DNA of 63,966 bases, filler included, from Malassezia furfur (taxonomy: Eukaryota), in assembly GCA_052055015.1 (NCBI GenBank). It is 3 parts of 3 records of this genome, joined end to end, with 100 filler letters (N's around TTAATTAATTAA, not from the genome) between each part and the next. Parts side by side here need not be neighbours in the genome. Positions count along the whole stretch, not along the records: positions 49,916 to 63,966 come from JBQJIT010000294.1; 2 more parts are not named here. The stretch is one strand, 5' to 3'. Position numbers and translations under genes: made by a program. Under the pieces are notes generated by a model that was not told the DNA's origin, did not search any database, and saw only the letters and a program-made list of their open reading frames with translations. The first letter of the stretch is position 1. The number at the start of each line of letters is the position of its first letter. Positions 63,760 to 63,966 of this stretch are shown here, in pieces.

Positions 63760-63966
63760 TTACTCCTCGTCGGCCTCCTCCTCCTCCTGGTCGTAGGAGA
63801 CGTTGAAGAACCTGGTGTGTTAGTATTGGGGCATGGCGCCGGTATACGTACTTGATCTCGAAGCCAGGCTTGGACGTGGCAACCACACGGAGCCAGTCAC
63901 GGAGCTCAGCACGCTTCAGGAACTTCTTGGTGAGGTACTTGAGGTAGCGCTTCGAGAAGGGGATCG
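63760..63966 (-). CDS. RPL22: 60S ribosomal protein eL22 (3' part only); intron 63812-63851 (40 nt)
   Basis: [16 protein letters not shown]...[12 protein letters not shown]...[19 protein letters not shown]. Confidence 0.93.

Overview
This is high-GC (roughly two-thirds by eye), extremely gene-dense eukaryotic DNA from a basidiomycete yeast, most consistent with Malassezia (inferred from gene content, density and intron style). The window is three separate contigs joined by two artificial 100-nt spacers (N44-TTAATTAATTAA-N44 at 24891-24990 and 49816-49915), so adjacency across the spacers is meaningless. I reconstructed 46 protein-coding genes by hand, four truncated by window or contig edges. 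Most are housekeeping genes (VPS52, ASE1, RIB5, BUD31, HDA1, RPN11, NUP120, NIC1, ATP12, GPI17, RRP1, PET8, GatA, SDE2, TFB5, THI80, DUG1, LEU5, TSR3, ICL1, PEX11, PRT1, SPB1, RPL22 and others). Most entries in the supplied ORF track are antisense or off-frame shadows. No tRNA, rRNA, transposon or CRISPR was recognised. The main points of interest are: (1) an in-frame fusion of a CAX4/DOLPP1-type PAP2 phosphatase to a Rib2-type riboflavin-pathway deaminase, a candidate for the unassigned fungal riboflavin phosphatase step; (2) 51 inferred spliceosomal introns of 21-47 nt, 32 of them 21-23 nt, with a rigid donor/branch/acceptor layout; (3) very small divergent promoters (down to 34 nt ATG-to-ATG) enriched for CACGTG, plus abutting and overlapping CDSs; (4) a stand-alone TPP1/Est3-like OB-fold gene; (5) an apparently premature TGA in ASE1. 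All family assignments come from motif recognition, not database searches, and all introns are inferred from splice consensus plus frame restoration.
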